Assembly (NCBI RefSeq): GCF_006345805.1
Contig: NC_043000.1
Coordinates: 92,628,001-92,692,000, forward strand
Direction of reading: 5' to 3'
Length of the DNA stretch: 64,000 nt
Source of the DNA: Octopus sinensis
Taxonomy: Eukaryota
The position numbers and the translations under genes are program-made. Below the pieces are notes generated by a model. It was not told the DNA's origin. It worked only from the letters and a program-made list of their open reading frames with translations, and did no database searches. This document shows, piece by piece, positions 40,563 to 54,813 of this stretch. Every line of letters begins with the position of its first letter. The first letter of the stretch is position 1.

Positions 40563-40570
40563 TGATGATG

Positions 40571-40606
<36 letters not shown>

Positions 40607-40650
40607 TAATAATAATAATAACAACAACAATAATAATAATAATAATAATA

Positions 40651-40689
<39 letters not shown>

Positions 40690-41658
40690 GTCATGAAACC
40701 CCTCACAGTTAGGTAAAATATTTCCTTGATTCAGGGTGTCTGTGCATGATGAGTTTATTGTAGTATAAGACAATTGCACATCCTCCATTACATGCAACTT
40801 GTAATCAAGGCCACCTGATAGACATTCTTTTAAATTCTTTTAAAAACCCTAAATCTATGTAATAGAACTAGAATTATGGTCTGTTGCTACTATTGTTCTA
40901 TATCTGCATCCTATTTTGGCATATGATGAAACAAAGTTAATTTCAATGAAGCCATAATTATTTTCAGCATCAGAATTTTTTTTTCTTAATATTTGCAAAA
41001 GAAAAAAAGTTTTAATTGGAAAAAAAAAAACAATAATAATAATTGCTATATTATTGTTGTAATATCTTCATGTAATTTATATAAAAGCGATATTTAAAAA
41101 AAAAAACTTACGCGTAAGTGTGGGTGTGTGGTAAGTGGTGAGAAGCTTGCTTCCTAACTACATGGTTTTGGGTTCAGTTCCACTGCATAGCATCTTGGGC
41201 AAATGTCTTCTGCTACAGCTGTAGGCCAACAGAAAGTCTTATGAGTGGATTTGGCAGATGGAAACTGAAAGAACCCCATCGTATATATACGTATGTGTGT
41301 GTGTATCATCATCATTTAATGTCTGTTTTCCATGGGTTGGATGGTTTGACTGAGGACTGGCAAGCCAGTAGGTTGCACCAGGCTCCAATCTGATCTGGCA
41401 AGGTTTCTACAGCTGGATGCCTTGACATACTTTCTGTGCCCTATCAGTATTTGCAAAGAGAAGCCATCCTTCCCATCTTCAACCTGACATGATACACACA
41501 AACTCGAGTTTCTGGATATTGACCCACCATCAGCGTGTGACAATCACCGGTTGTCAATGAAAAGTGGATCCCGATGCAAATATATATCCTTTTTCCAGTG
41601 ACGGAAAGTCACTGATCTCTTAAAGGTGTTAACAAGCAATAATAAATCTCTGAGCATA

Positions 41659-41690
<32 letters not shown>

Positions 41691-41894
41691 CATATATATC
41701 ACCATCACTTGACAACTGATGCTGGAGTGTTTATGCACCCGTAACCTAGTGGTTCAGCAAAAGAGACCCATAGAATAAGAGAATAAGTACTAGGCTTACA
41801 AAGAAAATGTCCTGGGGTCGATTTGTTCAACTAAAGGCAATGCTCCAGCATGGCCGCAGTCAAATGACTGAAACAAATAAAAGAGTAAAAGAGT

Positions 41895-41936
<42 letters not shown>

Positions 41937-42974
41937 TGTGTGTGTGTGTCTGTGTCTGTGTCTGTATGTGTGTGTGTGTGTGTGTGTAAAGGTAATAGCC
42001 AATGATCAAGGTGTAGGAAGTTAGTGTGTTTCAAGCAGTCCATAGAAGGTATAAAAGAACAATAGTGGTTAATTGGTGCAGAAAGTTATGAATTGTTCCT
42101 GTAGTGAGATATGATAAATTGAAAAAACTTTTTATAGTTCAGAGCAACCAGGGTTGCTGTATATGCAAATAAACATCCAGAAATTAGGGAATGATGTAGA
42201 TAAAATCCAAGCTACATGTTTCATAGCTAGCAGGGGCAGGTAGGTGTATGTGAGTGTGTATATGTACATATGTATATATGTATTTCTATGTGTATGATTG
42301 TTCCCAACTACTGTCTGACAGTCAGTACTGGCTTGTTTTTATCATCCCTGTAACTTAGCAGTTTGGCAAAAAGATTGATAGAATGTGTACCATGCTTTAA
42401 GAGCAAGAAATAATACAGGGATCAATTATTTCAACTAAAACCCTTCAAGGTATTTCCCCAGTATGGCCACAGTCCAAAGACTGAAACAAATAAAAGGAAA
42501 ACAATATAATCCATTACAGTGTAAAGACTTGTTAGCGATAATAATTGTTAATTACAGATATATTAATGTTATTAGCTGTTAATGTGTTTTAATCAACAAT
42601 TAACTGAAATTAACTATAAGAATTTTATCAGTGATTTGTTGCACATGAACAGTATCAATGATCTGATCATATGGGAAATCAAATTTCAAACATTGAACTG
42701 TAATTTAGAAATTAACAAATAATAGATTTTATTTATTATCATGCATATCTAGTAGTCTCTGATGGAGACTCTACATGGTTTATCTTCTTCACAGAAATGG
42801 CAGCTGAATGTGTTTTTTTTTTTTTTAGCATATACTATAATCATTTTGATGCTAATTAGTAAATGGAGATATTACACATAAAACCATTAGTGAGTAAACT
42901 GTTGTTAGTGTAATTCATCATCATCACCACCACCACCACCACCACCACAACCATCATCATCGTCATTGCTTTAA

Positions 42975-43194
42975 CCTTTTTGTTACCAACCTGGCTGAAA
43001 CTGGTTCTGGCTCTGAGTACAAATGTCTTGTTCTCATAAGTTTTAAATTAAAATCTTCCACCAACCTTAGTCAGAATTTAAGTTCCTGACACTAGCTGAA
43101 TGATAACTAAGTTTATTTTACTAAATTCTTTGTTATATTCGAAGTAATTAAAAGAAACACAAAGCATCTTATAATACATTCAGTAACGAAAGGG
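42975..43194. mobile_element. piggyBac-type MITE
   Basis: TTAA at 42971-42974 and 43195-43198 flanking 12-bp TIRs cctttttgttac / gtaacgaaaggg (10/12 match). Confidence 0.65.
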
Positions 43195-44240
43195 TTAATC
43201 TCCACTATTCCATTCTTGCATGGGTCAGAGGTAATTCATTGAGATAGATTTTCTGCAGCTTTTGACATATAAGAAATCTTATATGTATGTAATATAATTT
43301 TTCTGAATCTTCAGATTTCTTCAATATGCTAGGCCACTGGTTTAAATTGATATTTATCAAATTAATATTCAATTTTTTACCTTTATTATTTAAATTTATA
43401 TATATATATATATATATAAGAAAATGGAGATACATCAGTTAATAAATATATATATTAACTGTAAAAATAAACATGATCTCTAACAGCTGTTTTGATTCAT
43501 CCTTTAAAGATTATAATCATAATAAATCATTTTATAAAATAAAATCTTGTCAGAGGCAGAAAAAAAGATATACCAGTATATCATTAGTTGTTAATTACAT
43601 GGAACATTACAGCAAACTTAGTATTGTTGTATGGATAAATTTGTTATAAACCTATTAAGAGGGACATAGGGTGTATATTTAGTGGGTAAGTAAATATATA
43701 TTCTGTTGTGTCTGGGGAGAGTCATTCTCTTTTGGTGCCTTATAATTTAACTCACTCACCGGTAAAATTTCCACTTATTTCTTTTTTATTTTTCTAAAAT
43801 TTTCATTGCGGCTTGCAAACTTTTCAATCATCATCATGCTTCAACATACAAACTCACATAAAGAATCATGCAAACTAAATCCAAAAATGAAATAAATATA
43901 TATTAATATACTCAATATAATAGTTAGAAGGTGTAGAGATATATAATAAATGGTAATTAACCCTGTATCATGTTAATGTCTGGGTAAATATATTTATAGT
44001 TTGTTATTATAGAGATTAATAAATAAGTAGAAGCTATTGATAGTCAAAATATTTATCCAATAGATAAATATGCATAACAAATATATATAAAAATCTAAGT
44101 AGTAATTTATATGCGGAAAAAATTACACAAAAGTACCTATGTTCAAAAAGAATTCGATAAAACATAATAAATAATTGTGGATTATTAAAAAAAATGTATT
44201 AAAAATATATACTTGTTTTGGTAAGGAAACTAACACCCCT

Positions 44241-44655
44241 ATCATATCGAAGGGAAATGGAAATTAATAGAAATTTTCACTTCCAGTGGCCTAGCCTGTA
44301 ATAATTTAGTCCAAGGACTATGTATTACTCATAAAATACAGTGTACATTTAAACACATAAGGAATCCACTCGTGGGATTCAACATACTAGAAAGAACAGC
44401 TAGGTTCTATAACCACAAAATTAGATGGTAAAGGTTTTTATTTTTTCATTTCATTCTTTTCGGGATTTTATCCCTAATTTTATAATTATGGAACTTAGCT
44501 GTTCTTTCTAGCGTGATGAATCCCATGAGTGGATTCCTTGTGTTTAAATGTACACTGTATTTTATGAGTAATACATAGTTTTTGGACTAAATTGTTACCT
44601 GCTAGGCCACTGGAAGTGAAAATTGCTATTAATTTCCATTTCCCTTCAATATGAT
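44241..44655. repeat. Long fold-back inverted repeat (about 183-bp arms, about 49-bp spacer)
   Basis: 44241-44424 is the near reverse complement of 44474-44655. Confidence 0.9.
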
Positions 44656-44977
44656 TAAGTATTGTAAGTTTTTGGATAATTTTCGAAATTTAAAAGTTGG
44701 CATTTTTTATATTGCTGACGAGGAGCTGCATCTGCGCAGTAGATTTTGAAAAGATTAGGATGTATAAACAAGAGGCATAAAATTGATTGCCTCGAGTTTT
44801 ATATATATTTAATTGGTCCAGGAAACTAGATGGTAAAAGTTTTTATATTTTCACTTCGTTCCTTTTGGGATTTTATCCCTAATTTTGTGGTTATGGAACC
44901 TAGCTGTTCTTTCTAACATGATGAATCCCACGAGTGGATTCCTTATGTGTTTAAATGTACACTGTATTTTATGAGTA

Positions 44978-45024
<47 letters not shown>

Positions 45025-45033
45025 CCTACAAAT

Positions 45034-45535
45034 GGAGGATGTTCTGAAACTATTGTTTATAGAATAAGAATTGGATGGAGGAAGTTCAGAGAGCTCTGGG
45101 AGTGAAAGGTAGACTATATGATGCTTGTGTGCGAACAGCTATACTCCATGGTAGTGAGACATGGTCTCTGAATGCAGAAGACATGTAGACTAGAGAGAAA
45201 TGAAGGTAGAATGCTTCACTGGATGTGTAGCATCAGGGCGCATGTATGACAAATTGCAAATGTGTTGAGAGAAAAGTTGGGCATAAGAGGTGTCAAATGT
45301 AACATGCAAGAGAAAAGACTAAGTTGGTTTGGACATATGATGTGTATGAATGAGGACAGCTGCATAAAGAAGTGCCAATCACTGAAAGTAGTTGGTACCC
45401 ACAGAAGAGGGAGACCCAGGAAGACATTGGAAGAAGTGTAAAGACCAATCTCAGGGTGCTGGGCCTCATGGTGGAAATGACAATGGACCAAGATGTAATA
45501 TGAAGTTCTTGAGAAGACCTGCCCACATCAACAAA
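45034..45535 (+). mobile_element. RTE-clade LINE 3' fragment
   Basis: RIRIGWRKFREL, KGRLYDACVRTAILHGSETW, EKRLSWFGHM, RRGRPRKT in broken frames. Confidence 0.8.
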
Positions 45536-47734
45536 ACTAAGTTATAGAATCGCTGTGTGTCCCACCCACACTTAACAAGAAAATTTCTCATACACTCTAC
45601 CATAACAAACCAAACTACATCTCTTCTCTTTCTCATATTTCCACTTCATACACTAGGCTTACCTCTCACTCCCACAATCCTGTCCTCTTGGCCCCATGCC
45701 ACTGTATCATTGCTATCCACTAGCTTCCAGCCTGTATTTTTCACCCATGCTTTGTCACACTGTATCATTGCATATGCCCAACACTTTATCACCATCTCTA
45801 TCCTGCAGTCTCCCTCTCTCTCTACTTTTCCCGGACTTCCCTCAGGTTGGGTAACCATGTATTTGCTTTGCAGCAGCTCACCTTTTCTGTCTTCATTCCT
45901 AATCTCTCTCTCTCTCTGGCTGGGTAACCTTGTGCCTCCTCTACAGCAAGACACCTGTTTCTGACTCTCTACCTCACTATAACCTTTCATCATCTGACGC
46001 AAGATCACCTCCTCCAATGCTCCCTCCCATTTCAAAAGAGTTGTTTTTGTCTTGCAAGTGCTTGGTGACCATGTAAGTACGAGTCCTACTTAAAAGCAAC
46101 CAATCCACACTGTAAAGTAGGTGATATTTGGAAGGGTATTCAGCTGTAAAAACTTGCCAAAACAGATCTCACCTGTGCTTGTGCCAAGTAAAAAGCACTG
46201 AGTCCACTCTGCTGAGTGGTTGGTGTTAGGAAGGTCATCCAGCAGTAAAAATCTTGCCCAAACTGTTTCAAAAGCATCCCACCCATGCCTGCATGGAAGG
46301 TGGACATTAAACGATGATGATGATGATGATGATGATATATATATATATATATATATATACATTTATATATGACAAGCTTCTTTCAGTTTCAGTCTACCAA
46401 ATCCACTCACAAGTCTTTGGTCAGCCTGAGGCTATAGCAATAGACACTGCCCAAGGTGCCATGCAGTCAGACTGAGTGCAGAACCATGTTGCTTGGAGGC
46501 AAACTTCCTCCCACACAGCCATGCCTGCACCAATTAGTTTCAAATTTTTTATGCAAGATCAGCAATTTGAGTGATAGTGCTTATTTTATCAGCCAACCCT
46601 GAAAAAGTGAAAGGCAAAGCTGACCTTGGTGGAATTTGAACTCAGAATATAATAATGGACAAAAGGCTACTCAACGTTGTGCCTTGCATGGTAATGGTTC
46701 TGCTAGCTTGCTGTCTTGCATGTGTTGATTTAATTGGTTTCAAACTTTTGACACAAAGCTAGTGATTTGGGGGAGGAGGTAAGTTGATTTCATTGGCCTC
46801 AGTGTTCAAATGATACTTATTGTATTAACCCCAAAATGATGAAAGCAGTGTTGACCTCAGCAGAATTTGAACTCAGAACATAAACATAGATAAAATATTG
46901 CTGAGCATTTTGTCTGGAATGCTACATCTCCCAGGTTGCCACCTTTCATTAGTTGATGAATTAGCAAGTAAAGAATATGTTGTATTTTCAAAACTAGTGG
47001 GTATTCTTGTCTACTCTAGGTACAAAGCCAGATATTTTTGGGGGAGGGAGCCAGTCGATTAGATCAACCCCAGTACGCAATTGGTACTTAATTTATCGAC
47101 CCCAAAAAGATGAAAGGCAAAGTCGACCTCAGCAGAATTTGAACTCAGAATGTAAAGGCAGACAAAATACCACTAAGCATTTCGCTGGGCATGCTAACGT
47201 TTCTTATTTCTTTACTGCTCACAAGGGGCTGCACACAGAGGGGTCAAACAAGGACAGACAAAGGGATTAAGTCGATTACATCGACCCCAGTGCCTAACTG
47301 GTACTTAATTTATCGACCCCCAAAAGGATAAAAGGCAAAGTCGACCTCAGCAGAATTTGAACTCAAAACGTAAAGACAGACGAAATACCGCTAAGTATTA
47401 CGCCCGGCATGCTAATGTTTCAGCCATCTCGCTGCCTTAGAACTAGAGGATATTGAGCAATACTGATGGCATATTTTGAATCAACACTCAAATATTCCCA
47501 AGCATTATTCTAACACACAAGACAGCAAATCTTTTTTCATTGTTGGCCAGAGTTACCAATTTTATAGAAATTTTCATATTTAATGGTATAGTAATGCATT
47601 ATTACATTGTGGTCTGTGCTCATGTTGTTAACTAATTAATAGTACATTTTATAGTAATTTTATTGGCAGAATTACTCTAATATAAAACACTTAGGAATCT
47701 ATATGATACCGTTTTTAATTAATGATTGTCATTA

Positions 47735-47793
<59 letters not shown>

Positions 47794-50700
47794 ATATATA
47801 ATAAATATATATATATGTATGTATATATGTATATATATTTATGTATGTGTGTCTATCTGTGTGTGTAGATATGCATACATATATACAAGCATACTTACAC
47901 ACATTTATATAAATATTTATATATGTATTCATAAGTGTGTACATACATATATACATACACACACACACACACACATATACACGTATGTATGTGTGTATAA
48001 ATGTATATATGTATCCTTCTATATATATGTATGTATCTATTATTACCACTCTATCTCTCTGTATCTGTGTGTGTGTGCGTGCGCGTGTGCATGTGTGAGC
48101 TAATCAAGAGCACACAATAAAATAAATATGGGATGATAGTGATATCACAAAGCAGTGATGTGTATAAATACAAACTTATTAGCAGTTCGAATATGCTTGT
48201 GTTTTATTCAAACTTGTAAGAAAGTCATTCATTGTGTTTTGTAATGGAGAAATTCTCTTGCCATTGACAAATGGTGTAAATACGCCAGATCAGCTCACAG
48301 CACCACTTAACCAGACTGGTGGGGGATGCATGCATTTTGGAATATTTATCTCCTCTTCACCCACAGAAGCCGAAAAGGATGGTAATGCTACATTGATGAC
48401 TAGGCTGCAGTTTGGTTCATTCACTGTCATCAGTTCCTTATATGCACTGCACGTAGTAGGTTAGGCAAGATCGTCATCATTCTGTGGAGTTTGAACACAT
48501 TAGTGACAGAAATCAATCCTTGAGATTAACTGCTTAACAGTCTTGAGTTATATTGTGAGTACTCTGTAGTCTATATGAGCCAATAAGGATAATATACCTT
48601 GGTCATGTGTATTGGTTTACTAGAACTAGAGTTATTAGTAGCCAGATGTGTGAAGTTCATCAGCAGGGTATAATATCTCCAGTGGCATCAGTATGATAGT
48701 TAATTCTTCCTATCAATGGATAATGTAGGCTGATGGAATATGCACAGTTTCTCAGGGAAGCATAGTTGGCAATTAAAAGCTCCAGATAGGAGTGTTTCTA
48801 TTAAGGAAACTCTATTTAATATTGACAAAGTCATTTCTATGAACTCAGATGACGTGGGACATAGAAGTGGAGTTTTCCCTATCCCTACTTAGCAAGAAGT
48901 GCTTGTGTTGTGTATATCTTTTCTTAAATTTATTAGCTGTGACACTAGTAGAGAGTACTGTGGCGCCATCAGTTGGTGTGAGGATGGCTCTTTGGACAAC
49001 AGTCTCTGACAGCCAGGATCCTCATAGTAGGCAATTGATAGGTTTTCAGACGATACAGATTTGGAAGAGGGATGGGGGCCCTGTAGAAGTATATTTGTGA
49101 GCATGACAGCTATGATTCTGGTGTGCCAGACCAGGGCTGACTCAGGGTTAAAAGGAAACAATGAAAATAATAACATGACAAAGGATTATAGCATATTTAC
49201 CAGCAGCCAGTCAAGTCGAGACAGGCAGAGTTTTGCACCCCCACCCAAACACACTTCTTATGATAAAATGGCCACTGAATTAAAAGTTAAGAATGATTAT
49301 TTTGTTGTTAGTGGCTCTCTACTTTAACCTTACAACCAGACTGCACCCCATCCCACTGTCCACACAAAATGTAATTAAACTTTGTAAGTGTTCAGATAGA
49401 TGTCGGAAATTATTTTCTATAGTTTGAACATTTAGTTGAATAATTAATAAGACAAGAAGAATATATTTAAATGTCTGTCTAATTATTAATTGCTGTCTGT
49501 ATGTGAGATTTAGCATCACATCATTCATTGTAAAAATCAGCGCCAAAGTTTAGTCAGAGTAAATATATGTATATATTTTTTCAATAATGATTTATTGGTA
49601 AATGTATGTAAAGAACAAGAGATTTGTCAATTTAATTAACCCCTCATATTGTTTGAACATATATTTTATTAACCCATAGACATTACTATAATTATATTTT
49701 CATTATTATTATGCTTTGCCTTAAGGTGGCAAGCTGGGAGAATTGTTAGCCTGTGGGACAAAAATGCTTCATGATATTCCTTCCAGCTTTATGTTCTGAG
49801 TTCAAATTCTTCTGAGGTTGACTTTATTTTTCATCTTTTAGTGGGATTGATAAAAAAAGTACCAGTACCCATTGACCACTTGGTCAATGTAATCCATTAG
49901 GCCCAGCCCCAAAATTTCCGGCTAGCACCAATTTTAGGATATATTTATATTTACATTTATATATTTGTTTTGCAAGATTCTTCAGGTGAAAATGTGTGTT
50001 AAAACAGATATTGTTATACTTGGGGATGATAATTTTTTATGCCAATTAAACACACAGACTATTTATTTGATCTCCACTTTAGTTTTTAGTCGTATTATTT
50101 TTATTTTATACATCAATCAAAGTTTTTGCCTCACACATCCTGTGACCTCATAAGTGACTCTCTGTCTCATATGTTTCCTCTTGTTCTGCTTATTCTAATT
50201 TTTGCCTATGCTTTAATTTATATAAGCTGCAGCCAAGTCTCAACAAGAGACATCAGGGGAAAAATTTATGTATCTAAAAATGCAAGTAGATAAGGTACCA
50301 GGTAATTAAGAAAACCAATGTCTGCATGTCATAAATGAATCTTTTTATAAGATTTATAGTAACACTGAAAGAATACAATTGTATTTATATGGAGAACAAT
50401 TTGCATAAATTGCATGAGGTAGGGCCATTAGGAATTTGGTCTATGCATTTGTTCGTTCTTTTCAATGGGATTCTAAGTTCCCCAGTAACAATAGGTAAAG
50501 CTGTTGTTTTGATTTGAAACTTCACATTCTTCTAATTTCTATTTCTAAGTTCTATCTTTATATCTGACATTGATGGAAAATTTACCAGTTTTTTCCTCCT
50601 CATTTGTTGTGGGTAGATTTTTGTGGAACCTGAAGACGAAAGCTGGATATTATGAAATTTTAATTCATTTCTTTTCCAATTTTCTTTGTATTTTTAATCT

Positions 50701-50866
50701 TTCTGTCCTGGTGACATGCAAAACAAAGCAAAGTCAATCTGAGGATGATTCAAATTCACAATTTTAAGGAACAAAACTATTGATTGTGTGTGTCATTTAC
50801 CAACTGAAGGTCAAGGAAAGAAAAAATGTTGACTCGCAAATTCGTGAAGCATTCCATATTTTTTAT

Positions 50867-51270
50867 AGGCGCAGGAGTGGCTGTGTGGTAAGTAGCTTGC
50901 TTTCCAACCACATGGTTTCGGGTTCAGTCCCACTGTGTGGCACCTTGGGCAAGTGTCTTCTTCTATAGCCTCAGACTGACCAAAGCCTTGTGAGTAGATT
51001 TGGTAGACAGAAATTGAAAGAAGCCCATCATATATATGTATATGTATATATATATGTGTGTGTGTTTGTGTGTCTGTGTTTGTCCATCCAACATCGCTTA
51101 ACTACCGATGCTGGTGTGTTTACATTCCCATAACTTAGCGGTTTGGCAAAAGTGACTGATAGAATAAGTACTAGGCTTACAAAAAATAAGTCCTGGGATA
51201 GACTTGCTCGACTATAAAAGCGGTGCTCCAGCATGGCCACAGTCAAATGACTGAAACAAGTAAAAGAGTA
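50867..51270 (+). mobile_element. tRNA-derived SINE family B, best-preserved copy
   Basis: Head ggcgcaggagtggctgtgtggtaagtagc..gggttcagtccc, internal (TA/TG)n, 3' end gactgaaacaagtaaaagag. Related copies near 1429-1745(-), 7352-7752(-), 9843-10258(-), 25990-26175(-), 29425-29590(-), 33884-34288(-), 35350-35480(-), 41120-41290(+), 41700-41895(+), 46370-46530(-), 55630-55800(+). Confidence 0.85.
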
Positions 51271-52039
51271 GTAATAGAATATAAACTGCGTTTTATCAAT
51301 ATATTTTTTTTTACATATTTATTAACAAACACCAAAATTATATTGTCTTTGCTATCATTATCATCACTATCATCTTCATCATCATTACCATCATCACTGT
51401 CATCACCATCATCATCATCACCATCATCATCATTCTCATCATCATCATCACCTTCATCATCATTATCATCTTTGTTGTTGTCATCATCATCACCATCATC
51501 ATCATCATCTGCTTCAACATCATTATCATTATCTGCATAGTTACTATCATCATCCTCATCCACCACCACCACCACCACCATCTTCAGCATCAGCATCATT
51601 ATTATCATTATCATCATCATCATCATCACCGCCACCACCATCACCATCATAATCATTTTAATGTTTAATTTTTCATGCTTGCATGGGTCAGACAGAATTT
51701 AGTTGATGTGGATTTTCCGCAGATGGATGCCTTTCCTGCTGCCAAGCCTAACCTGTTTCTGACCGAGGCAATATTTCCCCCTCACTAGTCATGTTTTCAC
51801 AGAAGACTGGAAATAAAAGACACTGCTTGTATTATGGTGAGACTTGTTTACAACTATCACATTTGTCCATGCACACACACACATATATATATATATATAC
51901 ATCAAGGTTTTGGTCCATGGTTCCACACAGTGGAATTGATCCCATTTCCATGTGACCAGAAAAGCAAACACCTTACCACAAGCCATACCTAAACCTATGT
52001 ATGCATGTATGTATGTATGTATGTATGTATGTATGTATG

Positions 52040-52070
<31 letters not shown>

Positions 52071-52203
52071 GTATGTATGTATGTATGTATGTATAAATAT
52101 ATATATATGTGTCTATATGTGTGTGTGTGTGTGTGTGTATGACAGGTTTCATTCAGTTTCCATTTACCAAAACCATTCACAAATCTTTGGCTTAGCTATT
52201 GTA

Positions 52204-53453
52204 TTGGGTTGGGGAATAATTCATGTGCATTTTTTTCAGATTTAAAAAGGGATGCAGAAATAAAATGCATTGGCAAAACGTTTTATGTTATTTAAAAGAG
52301 AATTTTTTTTTGCTCTACAAGATGGTGTTTTGATTTTTTAATTTTATTGATTTTTGTGTATTTTCAGATCATTAAAATGGAATATTGAGTGGACAAAACT
52401 GAGCATTTTTAACACCATTTGCTTTTTGCATTTACTTGAGGTTTTAAGATTGCTGACGCTGCTTGTGAGATTTGTGCTGTGTAAGGAGAAGGAGCAATGC
52501 CTCAAAGTACCACCCGCCATTGGTTTCTGCACTTCAAAAATGGAAATTTTGATCTTAAGAATGGATCACCCACTAGTTGACCAACTGAGTTCAATGAAGA
52601 GTGATTGAATTAACTTCTCCATGAAAATCCATGTCAAACGACCAGAAAATTGGTGGAGCAGATGGACTGTGATAAAAGAAACTGTGGTGAACTACCTTCA
52701 CTCAATGGGCAAAGTTCAGAAACTTGGTGCTTGGGTACCACACGCTTTGAGTGAAAGCAATAAAAATCAATGCTCCACAATTGTCTCCAGTTTACTCACA
52801 CAACATTGCTCAACACATGATCACAAACAATATTTTCTTTACCACTTTGTCACTGGCAATGAAAACTGGTGCCTTTATGTCAATATGAAGCAACAAAATG
52901 AATGGCTTAGCCCTGACAAACAAGCAACTCCATGAGTAAAACAAAATCTTCATCCTCAAAAGACCATGTTGTGTGTATGGTGGGACTGGGAAGGCATATT
53001 TCATTATGAACTGCTTGATTGAAACCAAACACTCAATGCAGAGCTCTACGTTCAACAACTGCTCCGACTCAAGAAAGCAATTCAGCAAAAAAGCCCAAGC
53101 AGGCGAAATGGCGTTCTTCTGCAACATGACAATGCCTATACTCACATCACCAATATCACCAAAGTCACGATTCAAAAACTCAAATGGGAAGTGCTGCCTC
53201 ATCCTCCATACTCTGCAGACTTGGCACCATCAGATTTTCATCTCTTTCACCTGCTTTCAAAAGCTTTGCACTGTGTATCATTCAATAATAATATGGAATT
53301 GAAGGCTTGGTTGGACGAATTCTTTGAGTCAAGACCGGGAGATTTCTATCACTAAGGCATTGAAAAACTTATAGAATACCTTATTGATTAATTTGTTCCT
53401 TTTTTGTTTAAAATAAATTTGAAAAAACGTTCATGAATTATTCCTCAACCCAA
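52204..53453 (+). mobile_element. Full-length decayed mariner transposon, second lineage
   Basis: TIRs ttgggttggggaataattcatg / catgaattattcctcaacccaa with TA flanks; 1250 bp; WVPHAL, VTGNENW, HPQKTMLCVWWD, QHDNAYTH, HPPYSADLAPSDF across broken frames. Confidence 0.92.
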
Positions 53454-54419
53454 TAGAAGACATTCATTCAAAGTGACACACAGTAAGGCTGAATACAGAA
53501 CTATGCTGTTGGGAAGCAAATTTCTAACCCACTCAGCCATACCTATGCTTAATATATATATACATCCTAATATATATTTCTTTACCACCCACAAGGAGCT
53601 AAACACAGAGAGGACAAACAAGGACAGACAAACGAATTAAGTCGATTACATCGACCCAGTGCGTAACTGGTACTTAATTTATCAACTCCGAAAGGATGAA
53701 AGGCAAAGTTGACCTCAGCGGAATTTGAACTCGGAATGTAACGACAGATGAAATACGGCTATGCATTTTGCCCGGCGTGCTAACAATTCTGCCAGCTCAC
53801 TGCCTTGTAACGTTTTTGCCAGCTCGCCACCTTTAGATACATCCTAATATAATGAATACAGTCATCCAGAGAATGTATTTCAAATGCACTCATGTGAGAA
53901 GTATTAATTCACCTCAAACAATATCTCTGTATGAGTAATTCTCATATCTTGTTATTCATGTTTAGAGTATTTGAATACACTTCATCAACATCAAAGTAAG
54001 ATATTCATGTATATAATATTTTCATGGGGCAGCTATATTTTGTTATCGTAGTTGTTGTAGTTGTTGTTGTTGTTTTTAGCCCCAGGTTAAAACTGTGATT
54101 GAGCTGGTCTATGATCAATTGTATTCCACTTGTGACCATCTTGTCATTTCTGGGTGGGTATGTAGAACTACATCGTCTAATACTGAAAGTCAGTATAATT
54201 CTTATACCACTGACCTCTTCAGAAATCGTTAATAGTGTATTAACCACCATCATGTAAATTTCTGCAAAAAATGAAAAAGTTTAATTAATAAAAAAGATTT
54301 CTTGATTTAAAAACAATAATTCCTTTGTTCTTCTGTGTCATTACCACTTTTTAATAAGAAATATAATGAAGATATTTAACGAAAACGATAAAAAAAAAGA
54401 ACAATAAATATTCAATCAT

Positions 54420-54712
54420 ATTATATTGATATAGCTGGAATATTTAATGTGAAGCCAAGCTTCTATGCCCCTCAGCTCTGTCATTACAGTCCTCCTGATG
54501 GCCTCAATGCTTTCAAAATGGATCCATTTGATGATGCCCTTGAGCTTCAGAACAAAATCAGATGAATAGAGAGGTTGTTCCAGTATGGCAATGTTCTTCT
54601 CAGCCAGGAACATCTGGATGCTCAGGGTTTTATGAGCAGGTGCATTGTTACAATGAAGCAGCCATGATTTGTCTGACCAAAACTCGTCTCTTCTGCACTG
54701 AGAGAATCGAAT
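54420..54712 (-). mobile_element. Mariner transposase C-terminal fragment
   Basis: Minus strand reads WLLHCNNAPAHKTLSIQMFLAEKNIAILEQPLYSSDF..LKLKG..HFESIEAI. Confidence 0.75.
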
Positions 54713-54763
54713 GCCACAGGATCTCTTTGTAGATTTGATTATTCATCGTCTGGCCCTAATGAC

Positions 54764-54813
<50 letters not shown>

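Noticed and set aside
44715-44755. CTGACGA...GAAA next to the 44 kb fold-back
   Set aside because: No clean helix II closing onto GAAA and no helix III or NUH; at most a decayed core.
45557-46035. 129-135 aa ORFs on both strands
   Set aside because: The sequence resembles a dispersed repeat extension also seen near 8350-8520 and has no recognisable protein motifs.
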